From positions 1 through 37,665 of the IMG/VR virus record IMGVR_UViG_3300037743_000469: a DNA stretch of 37,665 nt; one strand, written 5' to 3'. Under the pieces are notes generated by a model. It was given only the letters and a program-made list of their open reading frames with translations. It was not told where the DNA came from and searched no databases. The stretch is from a virus (Duplodnaviria > Caudoviricetes). Below, piece by piece: positions 34,775-37,665 of the stretch; position 1 is the first letter of the stretch, and each line of letters opens with the position of its first letter. A program made the translations under genes and the position numbers.

Positions 34775-35212
34775 ATGGCCGGGTTCGTTGACAGCGTTGA
34801 GCAGGCGCTGCTGGACCACTTCCTGACCGACCCGGCGTACACCCCGCCGGCCACCATGCACCTTGGCCTGTCGACCACCACACCCACCGATGCCGGTGGG
34901 AACTTCAGCGAACCTTCCGGTGGCAGCTACGCACGGGTGTCCACCGCCGCAGCCGACTGGGGCGCCGCCACCGGCACCGCCCCGGCCACCAAGTCCAACA
35001 CCGCGGCCAAGACGTTCCCGCAGGCCACCGCCGACTGGTCGGCCGGGGCGAACATGACCCACTTCGGGCTGTTCGACGCGGCCAGCGCCGGGAACCTGCT
35101 CTGCTGGGGTCTGCTGGGCACCGCCAAGCCGGTCCTCAATGGCGACACGCCCAGCTTCGCCGCCGCCGCGCTGGTCCTGAAGCTGGGCGACCCGGACGAC
35201 ACCTATGCCTGA
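34775..35212 (+). CDS. Virion fibre/decoration-type structural protein
   Basis: ALLDHF...HLGLSTTTP...EPSGGSYARV...FPQATADW...THFGLFDAASAGNLL. Confidence 0.75.
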   Translation: MAGFVDSVEQALLDHFLTDPAYTPPATMHLGLSTTTPTDAGGNFSEPSGGSYARVSTAAADWGAATGTAPATKSNTAAKTFPQATADWSAGANMTHFGLFDAASAGNLLCWGLLGTAKPVLNGDTPSFAAAALVLKLGDPDDTYA

Positions 35213-35246
35213 TGGGATGGTCCCTTTTTTGTAGTACACTGGGGAC

Positions 35247-35705
35247 ATGACCGAAGGCGAGTTTGTCGTAGTGACCGAGACCGGGTGCCACGAGTGGATG
35301 GGGAGCCGGTTCCTCAATGGGTACGGGCGCATCAAGTTCGCCGGACGCACTCACCGGGCGCACCGGATGGTCTACGAGTTGGTGCATGGGCCACTCGTTC
35401 CTGGGATGCTTGTCCGGCACACCTGCGATAACCGGCTGTGCGTCAATCCAGCCCACCTGGTGTCTGGCGACCACCACGAGAACATGGCCGATATGGTGAC
35501 GAGAGGTCGAGCCTCGAAGAATCTGACCCGCCGCTACGAGCGAGGCGAGAAGCATCCTCTGGCGAAGTTGACCGACGACCAGGTGCGCGAAATCCGCGAT
35601 CGGTTCGATGCGGGCGGAACGAGCCAGTCTCGGCTGGCAGTTGAGTACAGCGTGTCGCAATCACTGGTCAGTAAGATCATGCGTGGAACCCACCGGGGGC
35701 GGTGA
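35247..35705 (+). CDS. Free-standing HNH endonuclease with C-terminal HTH
   Basis: CHEWMG...GYGRI...AHRMVY...VRHTCDNRLCVNPAHL...ENMAD; AKLTDDQVREIR...LAVEYSVSQSLVSKI. Confidence 0.9.
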   Translation: MTEGEFVVVTETGCHEWMGSRFLNGYGRIKFAGRTHRAHRMVYELVHGPLVPGMLVRHTCDNRLCVNPAHLVSGDHHENMADMVTRGRASKNLTRRYERGEKHPLAKLTDDQVREIRDRFDAGGTSQSRLAVEYSVSQSLVSKIMRGTHRGR

Positions 35706-35711
35706 GCCGCC

Positions 35712-36920
35712 ATGGCGCAGATCCTGGTACCGGCCGCCGACGTAGCGGTCGGGTCCTGGACCCCCGCAATCAACGCGTGGGCGTCGATCGACGACGACTC
35801 GGGCGCCAACCCGACCGGCGACGGGCAACTGGTCACCTCCGATGCGGTCGGGAACAACACCAACACCACCAACCTGGACGTGTCGCTGGCCACCGGCACC
35901 GACCCCGCAGTGTCCACCGGGCACATCCTGCGGGTCCGCTGGCGCTGCTCCGGAACCCAGTCGCTGGCCGCGAACTGCGAGCTGTGGCAAGGCGTGCCCG
36001 ACACCGGCAGCCTGGTCGCGTCGGTCACCGTCACACCGACGGTCGGGGCAACCGAGATCGAATCCACTCACAGCCTGACCGCCGGCGAGGCCGACGCGAT
36101 CACCGACTACACCGATCTGCACCTGCGGCTGTGGGGACGTGGCACCGCCGGCGGGCCCGCGCGCAGCCTCGTGGTGGACCTGGCCGAGCTGGAGACCCCC
36201 GACGCCGGCACACCGCCGGTAGCACTGGCCGGCACCGCAACCGCTGCGGCCACAGCCACCGGCACGGCCGAGCTCACCCGCGCGCTGGCCGGCACCAGCA
36301 CAGCCGCCATGTCCGCCGCGGCGGACACAGCCGTCACCCGGCCGGTGGCCGGCGCCGCAACGGCCGCAGCTACCGCCGCCGCGGAGCTGACCGTCACCGG
36401 CGCCGGTGGAGGGCCGGTTAGCCTCGACGCGGCAACAGCCACCGCCGCGCAGGCAGCCGCCCAACTGTCCACCGTCCGGGCACACTCCGGATCCATCCCC
36501 GGCGCCGCCACCGGCCAGGCTGCGCTCACCGTGACCCGCGGCCTGTCCGCCGCTGCACCGGCAGCCGGTTCGGCGACCGGCGACCTGGACATTCAGGGTT
36601 CCGTATCACTGTCCGGTGCCGTGCCGGCCGGGGCCAGCACCACCGCCGACCTGGCCACCGTCCGCCCCTTGACCGGTGTCAGTACCACCGCCGGTGGGGT
36701 GGCCGCCGACTTGGCCACCACCCGACCCTTGGATGGGTCGGCGGTTGCCGCCGCCGGGGCCGGGGCCGAGCTGGGTGGCGTCGGGTCGACCCCGGCCGGG
36801 CCCACACCGGAAGCCCGGATCTACCGGGTGAGCGCAGAAGGTCGCGGTTACCAGATCCCGGCCGAGGCCCGGGTACGCCGCATCCCGGCCGAGGACCGAA
36901 CCTACCGGATTGTGAGGTGA
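35712..36920 (+). CDS. Structural protein with beta-sandwich head and Ala/Thr/Gly repeat stalk
   Basis: Repeated LxGxxxAAAxAxAxLT units; C-terminal xPAExRxYRI repeats. Confidence 0.7.
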   Translation: MAQILVPAADVAVGSWTPAINAWASIDDDSGANPTGDGQLVTSDAVGNNTNTTNLDVSLATGTDPAVSTGHILRVRWRCSGTQSLAANCELWQGVPDTGSLVASVTVTPTVGATEIESTHSLTAGEADAITDYTDLHLRLWGRGTAGGPARSLVVDLAELETPDAGTPPVALAGTATAAATATGTAELTRALAGTSTAAMSAAADTAVTRPVAGAATAAATAAAELTVTGAGGGPVSLDAATATAAQAAAQLSTVRAHSGSIPGAATGQAALTVTRGLSAAAPAAGSATGDLDIQGSVSLSGAVPAGASTTADLATVRPLTGVSTTAGGVAADLATTRPLDGSAVAAAGAGAELGGVGSTPAGPTPEARIYRVSAEGRGYQIPAEARVRRIPAEDRTYRIVR

Positions 36921-36923
36921 CCC

Positions 36924-37196
36924 ATGGGCTCGACGTGGAGCAAGGACCCGTCCGCGGTCCTGGACTACCAGTTCAACTGGGTGCTGTGGCTGACGGGCGG
37001 TGAGACGGTCACCGACTACACGGTCACCGTCTCCGGGGCGCTGGTCAAGGACTCCGACGCGGAAGACGGCGGGGTGGTGACGGTGTGGCTGTCCGGTGGA
37101 ACACCCGGCACCCGGTGCACCGTGGCCTGCAAGGTGACCACCAGCGCCGGCCGCGTCGATGAGCGGAGCATCCACTTGCAGGTGCGCGACCGGTGA
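36924..37196 (+). CDS. Fibre adaptor-type small structural protein
   Basis: KDPSAVLDYQFNW...VWLSGGTPG...VTTSAGRVDERSI. Confidence 0.75.
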   Translation: MGSTWSKDPSAVLDYQFNWVLWLTGGETVTDYTVTVSGALVKDSDAEDGGVVTVWLSGGTPGTRCTVACKVTTSAGRVDERSIHLQVRDR

Positions 37197-37197
37197 C

Positions 37198-37233
37198 CAC
37201 CGGGGTTGGTGCAACCGCATGGTTTTCCCGGTG
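37198..37233. terminator. Hairpin between convergent genes
   Basis: CACCGGG...CCCGGTG. Confidence 0.4.
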
Positions 37234-37245
37234 CCGTGGGAGTTT

Positions 37246-37389
37246 CTATGACCCGTGGGTCAGTGCCGGCTGCCACGCCGGGTCGTAGTCCGGATGGACG
37301 GCGTACACCGCGGCCAGCAGGCGCAGGGTCCGGCAGGGATGCCGCTGCCGTTGTTGAGCGTCTCTCGGGCTACAGCAGCCGCAGTACAT
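37246..37389 (-). pseudogene. DUF6221-like C-terminal fragment (47 aa), not in ORF track
   Basis: MYCGCCSPRDAQQRQRHPCRTLRLLAAVYAVHPDYDPAWQPALTHGS. Confidence 0.55.
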
Positions 37390-37425
37390 CCCGGGATAAC
37401 TGTAGAGGTGTGCGCCTTCATGTGC

Positions 37426-37665
37426 TCATCCATGGCGGATCTCCTCCACGATGATCGGCATGCGCAAGATCCGGTTTCTAGCACTTTCGTAGCTCAACGG
37501 CACCATGACCACGACGCCCACGACGCCCACGGCATAGCGCCCAGGAACCCTCCACCATCTGCCGAACATGCTGATGCGGTAGTCGGACCGCCTGACCTGG
37601 ATGTCTACGCCGCTGGCCGTGCTGACCCGCTCAGCCAGCGACTTGAGCCGCTCGATTCTGCTCAC
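37426..37665 (-). CDS. Hypothetical protein at the window edge
   Basis: Open frame from GTG 37665; no recognisable motif. Confidence 0.45.
   Translation of the reverse strand: MSRIERLKSLAERVSTASGVDIQVRRSDYRISMFGRWWRVPGRYAVGVVGVVVMVPLSYESARNRILRMPIIVEEIRHG

Noticed and set aside
37260-37484. 74-aa ORF (MDEHMKAH...) as an intact gene
   Set aside because: The recognisable DUF6221-like motif is in another frame; this frame looks like run-on

Overview
The window is most of a very GC-rich actinobacterial temperate siphovirus or prophage; it starts at a stop codon and ends at a start codon, so genome ends are not visible. Left to right: small accessory genes; a leftward operon (DUF6907-like, topoisomerase VI-A/Spo11-like TOPRIM protein, ADP-ribosyltransferase-fold protein); a large serine integrase; an early/replication region (ParB-N, Cas4-like exonuclease, probable SSB, J-domain protein, primase-polymerase/helicase with an iteron-like origin in its 3' end); a packaging-type HNH; terminase genes inverted relative to all other virion genes; one ORF fusing portal, prohead protease and major capsid; head-tail and tail genes with a -1 frameshifted chaperone; a PhoD phosphatase fused to a tail hub domain; an RHH/secreted-protein moron with three palindromic operators; a lysis cassette; and a second structural module after lysis. 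Three free-standing HNH genes interrupt the structural region, two of them behind a nearly identical 98-bp structured leader. No CI-type repressor is recognisable. Instead there is a family of hairpin leaders that appear to mask the Shine-Dalgarno, plus a small tRNA-like (CCA-ended) element, which together suggest RNA-level control. All family names come from motif recognition by eye, not database searches.
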